NCBI GenBank assembly: GCA_017542065.1
Contig: JAFXXX010000019.1
Coordinates: forward strand, 59,705 to 123,704
DNA: 64,000 nt
From: Bacilli bacterium
GTDB taxonomy: Bacteria; Bacillota_I; Bacilli_A; RF39; UBA660
Reading direction: 5' to 3'
Shown: piece after piece, positions 20,365-30,038 of the stretch
How positions within the stretch are numbered: the first letter of the stretch is position 1
Layout of the letters: every line of letters starts with the position of its first letter
Notes under the pieces: model-generated
What the model was told of the DNA's origin: nothing
The model's database searches: none
What the model saw: the letters and a program-made list of their open reading frames with translations, nothing else
Program-made: the position numbers and the translations under genes

Positions 20365-21249
20365 TTACTCCTTTTTACTCCTTGGATGAGCACTTTCATA
20401 TTCTTCTTTAACCATATTATTTGATACATGAGTATATATTTGAGTAGTCTCTATATTTTCATGTCCAAGCATAGTTTGTATACTTCTTAGATCTGCTCCA
20501 TGATTTAATAAATGTGTAGCAAATGAATGTCTTAAAGTATGCGGAGACAATTCTTTTTTAATACCTTTTTCTCTAGCTATTTCTTTAAGTATTTTAAAGA
20601 AACCTTGTCTAGATAACTTTTCTCCCCTACTATTTAAAAATAATATATCATTTATTTTATTTTTTAATAATGTTTTTCTATATATATTTATATAATCATA
20701 AAGATAAGATGTAGCTATTTCATTTATAGGCATTATTCTTTCCTTAGATCCTTTTCCAAATATCCTAACTATATTTAAATCAAAATCTATATCATTAACA
20801 TTTAAATTAAGTAATTCAGATACTCTAAGGCCAGAAGAATACATTAACTCAAGCATAGCCTTATTTCTATATTCAAAAGCATTAGTAGGATTAATATCAA
20901 GAAGTTTATCTATATCTTCTTCTGATAATACTCTTGGAATACTTTTCTTAGTTTTAAGACCAGTAATATCTTCACATGGATTAATTTTAATCATAGAGTT
21001 CTTCTCTAAAAAATTAAAATAATTTTTTAAAGTGACTATATGTCTATTAACACTCTTAGGATTAAGTTCACTATTTAAATATTTAATATAATTAATAATA
21101 TCTTCTTTAGTAATATTATTATATTTCTTTTTAACATAGTTAAAGAAACTATATAAATCTCTTTTATATGCATCTATAGTATTAGAACTTAATTGTCTTT
21201 CAATTATAAGATAATTCATATAATCATATATTTCTTTCTCTATGTCCAT
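20365..21249 (-). CDS. xerD: site-specific tyrosine recombinase XerD
   Basis: LSSNTIDAYKRDL, ELMYSSGLRVSEL, GKGSKER, LSRQGFFK, SPHTLRHSFATHLL.GADLRSIQ and TTQIYTHV motifs. Confidence 0.92.
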   Translation of the reverse strand: MDIEKEIYDYMNYLIIERQLSSNTIDAYKRDLYSFFNYVKKKYNNITKEDIINYIKYLNSELNPKSVNRHIVTLKNYFNFLEKNSMIKINPCEDITGLKTKKSIPRVLSEEDIDKLLDINPTNAFEYRNKAMLELMYSSGLRVSELLNLNVNDIDFDLNIVRIFGKGSKERIMPINEIATSYLYDYINIYRKTLLKNKINDILFLNSRGEKLSRQGFFKILKEIAREKGIKKELSPHTLRHSFATHLLNHGADLRSIQTMLGHENIETTQIYTHVSNNMVKEEYESAHPRSKKE

Positions 21250-21328
21250 ATCTATTACCCTCTATTATAATTATATCATAAAAATATTATGTAAACAAAA
21301 AGAACAACTATTGTTGTTCTTTTATTTT

Positions 21329-23170
21329 CTAACTACGAAAGAATCTTGAAATCTTTCCGTTATTTTCATAAGAATATGATTTAATACGACTATCTTCTAT
21401 ACCTTTTGTAAATGTTTCTACTATCCCATTTAGTCTTTCAATTTCTTCATCTTTTTCTTTTAATTTTGCTTCGTATAAAGCACGTAATTGATTTTGTTTT
21501 CTAATAGTTAATTCAGCTTCTGAAATACCAAGTTCTTGAGCTTCTTCTCTAACTGAAATTTGTAATGCTTGGTCTTCTAATTCTGTAACCAACTGTGCAG
21601 CTTTATAAACAGCAGCATATTCATAGATTTGATCAATTAACGCATCTCTATCACCATCAATTAATAATGTTGATTGATCAACTTCTTTACAACGAGCTAT
21701 ATCACCTATTTTTTTTGCAACTTCTTCTAGCTCATCTAAAAAATTATGGTTGTTAGAATCAAATTCATTCTTTAATCTCTCAAAAATTACTAATAATTTA
21801 TCAAGCATTTCTACTAAACCATTTATTGCATCAACAAGACCATTTCTAAAATCATCATTATCAGCCCTTTGGTATAATATAGCTTCTACAAGAGGTAAAT
21901 GATCTAATTCAAAGAATTTTTTCCTTAAATAATCTCTTCTCTTTCTATATAGTTTTATTTGTTCACTAACAACTGTTTTCTTAAATTCAATTTCAGATTT
22001 ACGTCTAAAGAATATTGGAGCTGAATATCCATCAAACATAGAATCAACTTTAGAAATTTCTTTAGTAGGAATACCACCATTATGCATAATTAATGGAAAA
22101 GTTTGATTTCTTTCAAAAAAATCTAAAACTGCATCTTGAGCCTCAGTATTATTAACATCACCATAAACTATTTCATCACGATTAGCTTTTTTACATTCTA
22201 GTTCATAATTATTTAAAGCTACTAAAGCAGTTCCTATTTCACCTATTTGATAAGACAAAGTATAATAATCTGATGCTTGTGATAAAACTTTACTTTTATA
22301 TTCTTTAATTATTTCAATTGCTTTATCTGGATTAATAAGTATTTTTGAACAAAATACTTCAGGATTATTAAAAATCCTTTTTTCTAATTTTTCAGGAAGT
22401 AGTTGTCCATCAACAGTTGTATTATCATAAATAACAGGTTTTGGACCTACGATATTTTTCCCTCTATATTCTGTTAATAAATCTGCTAATATATTTACAT
22501 TATCAGGGCTATTAGATACACTAGCAAATACTCTATATTTTTTAATACCAGCTTTTAATTCTTCAGCAATATCAATAGTATCATTAGAATCCTTAATACT
22601 ATCAATTAAAATATTTCTAAAGCCTTCTAAAGGTAAAGATACTATTCTGTTATAATTATTATTCCAAAATGATAATTTATCTTTACTCTCAGAAATTTCT
22701 TCTCTAATTTGATCTTTTGACTTAGCACTGTCAGATCCTTTAGATAATAAATCTGTTAATTTTTTTGCTTTATCAGCATCAGCTTCATCACTTTTTAATA
22801 ATTCAAAATAACTAGCAATTAATTCTTTTTCTGCATTAGATAATCCATCAATTTTAATGTCACCCATCGTAATAGTATGAATTACATGATGTCTACATGC
22901 TCTAATTTCTTGTAATTTTGCTTCTTTTAAAGTATTTAGTTTTTCATCAGACGCATATTTAATATATAAGATTTCAGGTAAATCAGCAATTTGTTCTAAG
23001 AATAATAATTCTTTTTCTGCTTTCTTCTTAGCAAATGTTGCTAAAGCATAATCTTCTCCATCTTTTCTTACTGCGCCATAAAAACTTAGAGCTTCTTCCG
23101 CTTCTTCTTTTCTTTTTTGAGCTTCTTTAATTTCGACTTGTACTTTACTCAAAAATTCATTTTTTTTCAT
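21329..23170 (-). CDS. large coiled-coil-rich hypothetical protein (ORFan)
   Basis: About 613 aa with heptad-rich termini; GGGGGAG SD before ATG at 23170. Confidence 0.75.
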   Translation of the reverse strand: MKKNEFLSKVQVEIKEAQKRKEEAEEALSFYGAVRKDGEDYALATFAKKKAEKELLFLEQIADLPEILYIKYASDEKLNTLKEAKLQEIRACRHHVIHTITMGDIKIDGLSNAEKELIASYFELLKSDEADADKAKKLTDLLSKGSDSAKSKDQIREEISESKDKLSFWNNNYNRIVSLPLEGFRNILIDSIKDSNDTIDIAEELKAGIKKYRVFASVSNSPDNVNILADLLTEYRGKNIVGPKPVIYDNTTVDGQLLPEKLEKRIFNNPEVFCSKILINPDKAIEIIKEYKSKVLSQASDYYTLSYQIGEIGTALVALNNYELECKKANRDEIVYGDVNNTEAQDAVLDFFERNQTFPLIMHNGGIPTKEISKVDSMFDGYSAPIFFRRKSEIEFKKTVVSEQIKLYRKRRDYLRKKFFELDHLPLVEAILYQRADNDDFRNGLVDAINGLVEMLDKLLVIFERLKNEFDSNNHNFLDELEEVAKKIGDIARCKEVDQSTLLIDGDRDALIDQIYEYAAVYKAAQLVTELEDQALQISVREEAQELGISEAELTIRKQNQLRALYEAKLKEKDEEIERLNGIVETFTKGIEDSRIKSYSYENNGKISRFFRS

Positions 23171-23292
23171 ATATTCTCCCCCATCAAATAATCGATGTAA
23201 CATCTATTATAATATATTTAATAATATATATACAATAGATATAACTAAAAATCATATGAAAATATGTTATAATTATTAAAGGAAGTGATATT

Positions 23293-24516
23293 ATGGAAAA
23301 ACCTTTAGCAATTAAACTTAGACCTACTAAACTAAGTGAAATTATTGGTCAAGATCATTTAACTAGTAAAGGTGCTCCTTTATATAATTTAGTACATAAC
23401 GGCAAAGTGTTTTCCATGATACTTTATGGTGAACCTGGAACTGGTAAAACTAGTATAGCTAATGTAATAGCAGAAAATACTAAAAATAAATATAGATTTT
23501 TAAATGCTGTAACTTCAAATAAGAAAGATATTGAAGTTGTAGTTGAAGAAGCTAAAATGTATGATGGTTTAATTCTTATAATGGATGAAATACATAGACT
23601 TAATAAAGATAAACAAGATTTATTATTACCTCATTTAGAATCAGGTTTAATAGTATTAATTGGTTTAACTACATCAAATCCATATTTTAAAATTAATCCT
23701 GCAATTAGAAGTAGATGTCAAATATTTAAATTAAATACTCTTAAGAAAGAAGATATTATTAAAGGACTTAATAGAGCTATTAAATCAGAATACTTAGATG
23801 GTATTAAGATAAAAAAAGATGCTATTGAGTATATCGCAGAACTATCTTCATTTGATTTAAGATATGCTTATAATTTACTTGAATTATGTTACTACTCTAC
23901 TTCTGATAAGAACGTAACAATAGACCTAATTAAGAAGATTAATAATAAACCAGTAATTATATCAGATAGTGATGAATCAGGCCATTATGACCTATTATCT
24001 GCCTTTCAAAAGTCTATTAGAGGCTCTGATGTAAATGCTACTCTATATTATTTAGCGAGATTAATAACTATTGGGGATTTAGATTCAATTTATAGAAGAA
24101 TGACAGTTATAGCTTATGAAGATATAGGTCTTGCTAATCCATCTATTGGTCCTAAAGTAGATGCTGCAATTAATGCATGTGAAAGAGTTGGTATGCCAGA
24201 AGGAAGAATTCCTCTTTCAGTAGTAATAACAGAAATGGCATTATCTCCAAAAAGTAATTCTGCTCATGTTGCTTTGGATGTTGCTTTAAAAGATGCAGAA
24301 TCAGGTTTGAATTATGAAATACCTGATACAATTAAGATTACTTCTACTACATATAAATATCCTCACGATTATCCAGGATCATTTGTAGTTCAAGATTATA
24401 TGCCAAAAGAATTAAAAAATAGAAAATACTATAAAGCAAAACTAACTAGTAACTATGAAAAATCTTTAAATGAAATATATGAAAGAATTGAGAAAAAGAA
24501 AAAAGAAGAGAATTAA
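23293..24516 (+). CDS. rarA: replication-associated recombination protein A (RarA/MgsA)
   Basis: PLA..LRP, GEPGTGKT, MDEIHR, SAFQKSIRGSD, EDIGLA and YKYPHDY motifs. Confidence 0.96.
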   Translation: MEKPLAIKLRPTKLSEIIGQDHLTSKGAPLYNLVHNGKVFSMILYGEPGTGKTSIANVIAENTKNKYRFLNAVTSNKKDIEVVVEEAKMYDGLILIMDEIHRLNKDKQDLLLPHLESGLIVLIGLTTSNPYFKINPAIRSRCQIFKLNTLKKEDIIKGLNRAIKSEYLDGIKIKKDAIEYIAELSSFDLRYAYNLLELCYYSTSDKNVTIDLIKKINNKPVIISDSDESGHYDLLSAFQKSIRGSDVNATLYYLARLITIGDLDSIYRRMTVIAYEDIGLANPSIGPKVDAAINACERVGMPEGRIPLSVVITEMALSPKSNSAHVALDVALKDAESGLNYEIPDTIKITSTTYKYPHDYPGSFVVQDYMPKELKNRKYYKAKLTSNYEKSLNEIYERIEKKKKEEN

Positions 24517-25190
24517 TTCTCTTCTTTTATTATATCTTTTATAATATAGTCTGCGATTAGAATACCAGCATAATTAGTAACAGGACTATAAGAGTATAAT
24601 TTATCTCCACCTATACCCTCTTCAGCACTAGAACAAACTATTATATTATCAGTTATACCTTCATCTCTAAGTCTTTTTCTAATTACTTTAGCTAGTGGAT
24701 CATAACTAGTTTGATTAATCTTCATAATAGATACTTTAGATGTATCTATTTTTTTAGCCATACCCATAGATGATATTATCTTTTTATTATATTTTAATGC
24801 ATATTTAATAAGTAATATTTTAGTATCTACTGTATCACAAGCATCTACTACATAATCAAAATCAAGTTTAAATATTTCATCTATATTAGATTCGTCTAAG
24901 AACTCATTAATAACAGTTACCTTTGCATCAGGATTAATATCTAATATTCTTTCTTTAAACGCATCACATTTATATTTATCTATAGTAGAATCAAGTGCTA
25001 TTATTTGTCTGTTTTTATTAGTTATATCTACTTTATCTTTATCAACTATAATAATACTTTCAATACCATTTCTAATAAGTGTTTCAAGAGTCATACCACC
25101 GACACCTCCTACACCTACTAATAATACTTTCTTAGATTTAATTAAATCAACTTTATCTTTTCCTAATAATCCTTCTAATCTATCAAACAT
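24513..25190 (-). CDS. tcdA: ThiF-family tRNA t6A dehydratase (TcdA/YrvM)
   Basis: GVGGVGG, D.VDITNKNRQ, YVVDACD, SSMG and DPLAKVIR motifs; synteny with 6S RNA and rarA as in Bacillus. Confidence 0.88.
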   Translation of the reverse strand: MFDRLEGLLGKDKVDLIKSKKVLLVGVGGVGGMTLETLIRNGIESIIIVDKDKVDITNKNRQIIALDSTIDKYKCDAFKERILDINPDAKVTVINEFLDESNIDEIFKLDFDYVVDACDTVDTKILLIKYALKYNKKIISSMGMAKKIDTSKVSIMKINQTSYDPLAKVIRKRLRDEGITDNIIVCSSAEEGIGGDKLYSYSPVTNYAGILIADYIIKDIIKEEN

Positions 25191-25209
25191 AATTTACCCC
25201 ACAAAAATA

Positions 25210-25372
25210 GATATAGGAAATCGGCAACGTTAAACCTACACGTATGTGCAGGTGGGTGCCCCGTGATGCTCATTAGGATTCCTAATTAAAGGCATTCAAC
25301 ACAGAAGCATCATTCCCGGCTCCCTTATAAATAGTTTAGTCGGTTAAATACACTTCCCAATTTCCTATATCC
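25210..25372 (-). ncRNA. ssrS: 6S RNA
   Basis: GC-richer element of about 165 nt closed by a 12-bp terminal stem GATATAGGAAAT/ATTTCCTATATC; minus-strand promoter TTGACT-18-TATAAT just upstream; located between hisS and tcdA-rarA, like B. subtilis 6S-1. Confidence 0.85.
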
Positions 25373-25411
25373 ACTTTTATTATAATGTGTATTTTAACTG
25401 AAAGTCAATTC

Positions 25412-25495
25412 TTGAAATCACCCAAAATTTATGGTATAATGTACATAACAATTGGGGCAAAAATAAAAGTGTACTTATATTAGTACACTTTTTTT
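25412..25495 (+). promoter_or_regulatory. orphan sigma-A promoter followed about 20 nt later by a terminator
   Basis: TTGAAA (25412-17), 17-bp spacer, TG.TATAAT (25435-40); hairpin AAAAGTGTACT/AGTACACTTTT (25465-25492). Confidence 0.6.
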
Positions 25496-25718
25496 ATATT
25501 AATTTTAAATATACTTTCTTTAAATCTTCTTCAGAAAACTTTAAGTCTCTAAGTATAGAATAAGCATATTCTATATCCATTTTTAAAAAGCAATTATCAT
25601 CTTTTAATATCTCTTTTATTAAGAGATATTTTTTTAATTCTTTAGGATTATTTTTATTAATCTCTATTAATTTATCGTTAATTAATCTAATATCCTTTAA
25701 CAACTTTAATACCTCCAT
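25494..25718 (-). CDS. small helical hypothetical protein
   Basis: 74-aa ORF overlapping the 3' end of the upstream gene and ending at a terminator. Confidence 0.6.
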   Translation of the reverse strand: MEVLKLLKDIRLINDKLIEINKNNPKELKKYLLIKEILKDDNCFLKMDIEYAYSILRDLKFSEEDLKKVYLKLI

Positions 25719-27417
25719 TTACTATACCAGGGATTTTAGGATCATCGTCAAATATATACTCGTATGCACCTATATTGAATCTATGTTGAAGTTCTTCTAA
25801 AGGAATATCTACAAGGTAATCTTGATTTGTTTCATATAGATAATATTTAGTACTTTCTATATCTTTTTGAAAACTATTATTATTTACTGCAAAAACTGCT
25901 AGACACATAGCTTCTTTACTTTTATCTGATGGACGATTGTTACCTAAAACTGATAATCTAAAATTTTCATACTTTTGCCTACCAGTAAATAATGCCCCTC
26001 TTAGTTGAACTAAATAACCATAAACGTCAGTACCTTTCATTCTTGATGAATTGGCCTTATCAATCATAATACTTAATCTTTCATCAAAAGATATTTTAAA
26101 AAGATTATCTGTTGTCAATGCATACTCTTTTAAAACACCTTCTAGATCTGCTGGTCTTTCAATCTGACCAGTTTGTTTTCTTACTAGTTCATACATTTTG
26201 TTTAACATATTATCAAATTCAATTTGTGTTCTTAGATTAGCATTATTAACTTTTAACCCTTTAATTGGTTGATTTATTTTTGCGTTTAAAATATCAATTT
26301 CTGTTAATACACCAGTTATTGGATCTGCAGAAACTAAATATTTACCTATTCTGAAATCTAAATGAGCATGTGGAGCACCATATACTTCACCAATAAAATC
26401 TTTATAAGTGCTTTCAAAATGAATACCTAAATCATTTAAAAGTTTAGAATACATCGCATTAAATTCAAAACATACTGCTTCATTATTCTCTAAATCTATT
26501 GTAGAAATATAGTTTATATCTTTATGTTTTTGAGTAGCAGGCCCCATTTGACCAACAGCAAAGTATTCTTCATCGTATGTTAATAATACACACATTTTAA
26601 GATATATATATATTGCTTTTTCTAGAACAGTTGCATCTTCAGGCATACCATCTAAAATAGCAGCCTCAAGTTCTGGATTCATTTTTACTTTCTCATATAA
26701 TGTATCAGTAGTAGTCAAATACTGATTAACAGCTTGGCAATCTATATCTTTATATTCTTTCAATGATTTATATCTTTTTTTGAATGATTTAGATAACAAT
26801 CTAGTTTTAGTTAATTTATTTGCATTAATATATTCTATAGTTGCATAAGCAAAGTGTTCTATTGGAATACCATTATATGTTCCTTGCTTACACACTGATT
26901 CATATTCTTCATCAGATAATTCCATAAAACTAATTATTTCATTTGCAGGGATAGAATAACTATTACCATCCATTTCAATATCAAATTTATCATCTTTTAC
27001 TTTTTCTTTAAATAAATCAAAAGAAATAAATGATTTTAAATATTCATATCTTTCTTTTTCTTTTTCAGTAAGAGTAATCATACCATCATTAACAAGTTGT
27101 TCAATAGCTTCAATAATAATTGGTTTAGTATAACTTATTTTTTCTCCAAAATCTCCATTAATAATATATATAACTGAGAAATAATCTATATCTCCTCTAA
27201 ATAATTTAGAGGCATATTCAAAATATATGTTATTATCAAGTATATTTTTTATGAACTCAATGTATACTCCACAATCTTCATCTACATTAATCAAACCACC
27301 ATCTTTTATTTTTTCAAAATCTTTAATAGTTACAAAGAGATTTTCATCCTCATAATTTTTAAGATAAGGCCATTTTTCTAAACTTTGTTCAATACTTAGT
27401 TCTTCCATCTCACTCAT
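25687..27417 (-). CDS. transglutaminase-like (Cys-His-Asp) domain protein, no signal peptide
   Basis: EKAIYIY...YD, AVCFEFNAMYSKLLNDLGI, HAH and SADP motifs. Confidence 0.65.
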   Translation of the reverse strand: MSEMEELSIEQSLEKWPYLKNYEDENLFVTIKDFEKIKDGGLINVDEDCGVYIEFIKNILDNNIYFEYASKLFRGDIDYFSVIYIINGDFGEKISYTKPIIIEAIEQLVNDGMITLTEKEKERYEYLKSFISFDLFKEKVKDDKFDIEMDGNSYSIPANEIISFMELSDEEYESVCKQGTYNGIPIEHFAYATIEYINANKLTKTRLLSKSFKKRYKSLKEYKDIDCQAVNQYLTTTDTLYEKVKMNPELEAAILDGMPEDATVLEKAIYIYLKMCVLLTYDEEYFAVGQMGPATQKHKDINYISTIDLENNEAVCFEFNAMYSKLLNDLGIHFESTYKDFIGEVYGAPHAHLDFRIGKYLVSADPITGVLTEIDILNAKINQPIKGLKVNNANLRTQIEFDNMLNKMYELVRKQTGQIERPADLEGVLKEYALTTDNLFKISFDERLSIMIDKANSSRMKGTDVYGYLVQLRGALFTGRQKYENFRLSVLGNNRPSDKSKEAMCLAVFAVNNNSFQKDIESTKYYLYETNQDYLVDIPLEELQHRFNIGAYEYIFDDDPKIPGIVNGGIKVVKGY

Positions 27418-27483
27418 TTTTATCACCTATTATATTAATTATAACATAAAAAAACCATAAATTTATATTTATGGTTTCTATTA

Positions 27484-28728
27484 TTATAAGTTTACATTTA
27501 AGAAATCTAATAGTTCTGTAGATTCTATTTTTTGTTCTTCTTTTGTTAGATTATCTTTAATAGTTAAAACACCAGTTTTAACTTCTTCTTCACCAATAAT
27601 AATTATATATTTTGGATTAAGTCTATCTACTTCTTTAAATTTAGCTTTCATGCTCTTATTAAGTAGATCTATATCTACTTTAAATCCACACATTCTAAGA
27701 TCTTGTGCTAGATTATATGAATACATTAATTCATTTTCAGTAACATTCATAATATATAAATCTATATTATTATCAGCAACTTCAATATTATCTCTATTCA
27801 TAACATCTACTAATCTATCAAGTCCAAATGCAAAACCTACTGATGGAACATCAGGACCATCTAATGAAGCAGTAAGGCCATCATATCTTCCTCCACCACC
27901 AACAGATCCAAATTCATCATCTAAAGTCTTATATTCAAATACTATATCATTATAATAATCAAGTCCTCTAACAAGTCTTGTATTAACTTCATATTCAATA
28001 TTTAAATATCTTAAATATTCTTGAATCTTAACAAAGTTTTCAGATTCTTCTTCAGTTAAGAAATCTAGTATACTTGGAGCACTTGCCATTAATTCTTTAT
28101 CAGCATCTACTTTACAATCTAATACTCTAAGTGGATTCTTATATAATCTTTCTTTACAATCTTCACAAAAATTATCTATATCAGATTCAAAATGTTTAAT
28201 TAAAGCTTCTCTATATTTCTTTCTTGTTTCTACACCGCCAAGATAGTTAATAATAACTTTAGTTTCAATACCTAGTTCATCTAAGAAATTCTTTCCTAAA
28301 GAAATAACTTCAGCATCTGAAACAGGTTCAGTAGAACCATATAATTCTACTCCCATTTGTCTAAGTTCTCTATATCTACCCTTTTGAGGTCTTTCATATC
28401 TAAACATTTGACCAATATAATAAAATTTTAATGGTAATGTAGTATATAATTTATCTTCAATAATACATCTAGCAACTGATGCAGTTCCTTCAGGTCTAAG
28501 TGTTATATCTCTTCCACCTTTATCTTGGAAATCATATGTTTCTTTAGTAACTATATCAGTAGTTTCACCTACTCCTCTATGGAATAGTTCACTTCTTTCA
28601 AACATTGGAGTTTCAATATAACCAAAGTTATAACTTTCACAAACAGCTCCAAACATTCTTTTAACATAGTCTTGTTTTTTAGCTAAAGAACCATATACAT
28701 CATATGTACCTTTTGGTCTTTGAATCAT
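27484..28728 (-). CDS. hisS: histidine--tRNA ligase
   Basis: LRPEGTAS, FRYERPQKGRYR, LVRGLDYY and GGGRYDGL motifs. Confidence 0.98.
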   Translation of the reverse strand: MIQRPKGTYDVYGSLAKKQDYVKRMFGAVCESYNFGYIETPMFERSELFHRGVGETTDIVTKETYDFQDKGGRDITLRPEGTASVARCIIEDKLYTTLPLKFYYIGQMFRYERPQKGRYRELRQMGVELYGSTEPVSDAEVISLGKNFLDELGIETKVIINYLGGVETRKKYREALIKHFESDIDNFCEDCKERLYKNPLRVLDCKVDADKELMASAPSILDFLTEEESENFVKIQEYLRYLNIEYEVNTRLVRGLDYYNDIVFEYKTLDDEFGSVGGGGRYDGLTASLDGPDVPSVGFAFGLDRLVDVMNRDNIEVADNNIDLYIMNVTENELMYSYNLAQDLRMCGFKVDIDLLNKSMKAKFKEVDRLNPKYIIIIGEEEVKTGVLTIKDNLTKEEQKIESTELLDFLNVNL

Positions 28729-28835
28729 AATAATCACTTCCTTTAATAATTATAACATAAATATAAATAGTTTTACATATTTATTGTAAACGTTGTAAAT
28801 ATATGCTAAAATATGGGAGTTATTAGGAGGATTTT

Positions 28836-30014
28836 ATGAATATATTAGTATTAAATGCTGGTTCATCTTCTTTAAAGTTCCAAGTTATTGATACAAATAC
28901 TAAAGATGTACTTGGATCAGGTAACTTTGAAAGAATTGGTGATGCAGCACAATCATTTCTAGGTATTAAGTATGATGGTAATAAAGAAAAATTTCAATTA
29001 CCTGCAAATAATCATACTGAAGCTTTAGGATTCATTATTGAAAAATTAAATGAATTAGTTTTAAAAGGAGAAAAAGAAATTAACGCTGTTGGGCATAGAA
29101 TTGTTCATGGTGGTAGTAAGTTTATTAAACCACAACTTGTTACTGAAGAAGTTGTTAATGGTTTAAAGGATGTTATTCATTTAGCACCACTTCATAATCC
29201 TGCTGCTATAGCTGGTATTGAAGCTGTTAATGAAATTCTTCCAGGTGTAAAGTCTGTAGTATGTTTTGATACAGGTTTCCATCAAACAATGAAAGAAACT
29301 CAATATATATACCCTATTCCATATAAGTATTATGAAGAATATGGTATTAGAAAATATGGTGCTCATGGTATTTCACATGAATATGTTTCAAAAAGAATTG
29401 CTGAAATTAAAGGAAATAATGAATTAAAAGTTATTAACTGTCACTTAGGTCAAGGAGCATCTATATGTGCTATTGATAAAGGTGTATGTGTAGATACATC
29501 TATGGGATTTACTCCAGCTGCTGGTATTCCAATGGGATCTAGAACTGGTGATATTGATCCATCTGTAATTACATTTATTATGAAAGAAGAAAATCTTACT
29601 CCAGAAGAAATGAATGTTATTATTAATAAAGAATCTGGTAAAAAAGGTATATCAATGTTATCTGCAGATGATAGAGATTTAGAAGAAGCTATGGCTCAAG
29701 GTAATAAACAAGCTAAACTTGCTTTAGATATATTCCATTATAAAGTAGCTCAATATATTGCTTCATATATGGTAGCACTTGGTGGATGTGATGTTATTAC
29801 ATTTGCTGGTGGTATTGGTGAAAGAGGAAACTATTCAAGAGAAGAAATTTGTAAATATTTATCTTGCTTTGGTGTTAAATTAGATCTTGAAAAGAATAAA
29901 GTTAAAGCCGAAGAAGAAAAGATTTCTTCAGATGATTCTAAGATTGAAGTTTGGGTAGTTCCAACAAATGAAGAATTAATGATTGCATTAGAAACTGAAA
30001 AGTTAACAAAATAA
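28836..30014 (+). CDS. ackA: acetate kinase
   Basis: VLNAGSSSLK, GHRIVHGG, APLHNP, FDTGFH, HLGQGAS and PTNEE motifs. Confidence 0.97.
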   Translation: MNILVLNAGSSSLKFQVIDTNTKDVLGSGNFERIGDAAQSFLGIKYDGNKEKFQLPANNHTEALGFIIEKLNELVLKGEKEINAVGHRIVHGGSKFIKPQLVTEEVVNGLKDVIHLAPLHNPAAIAGIEAVNEILPGVKSVVCFDTGFHQTMKETQYIYPIPYKYYEEYGIRKYGAHGISHEYVSKRIAEIKGNNELKVINCHLGQGASICAIDKGVCVDTSMGFTPAAGIPMGSRTGDIDPSVITFIMKEENLTPEEMNVIINKESGKKGISMLSADDRDLEEAMAQGNKQAKLALDIFHYKVAQYIASYMVALGGCDVITFAGGIGERGNYSREEICKYLSCFGVKLDLEKNKVKAEEEKISSDDSKIEVWVVPTNEELMIALETEKLTK

Positions 30015-30038
30015 AAGAAGACATAAGTCTTCTTTTTT

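Noticed and set aside
20365-21249. Tyrosine recombinase as a prophage, ICE or integron integrase driving the ORFan cassettes
   Set aside because: The motifs are those of housekeeping XerD, it is coupled to a phosphomutase gene, dif is nearby, and I saw no attC-like repeats or direct repeats flanking the ORFans.
28785-28798. cre-like site TGTAAACGTTGTAA upstream of ackA
   Set aside because: It has one mismatch at the conserved terminal CA, the background is AT-rich and no ccpA is in view; too weak to call.
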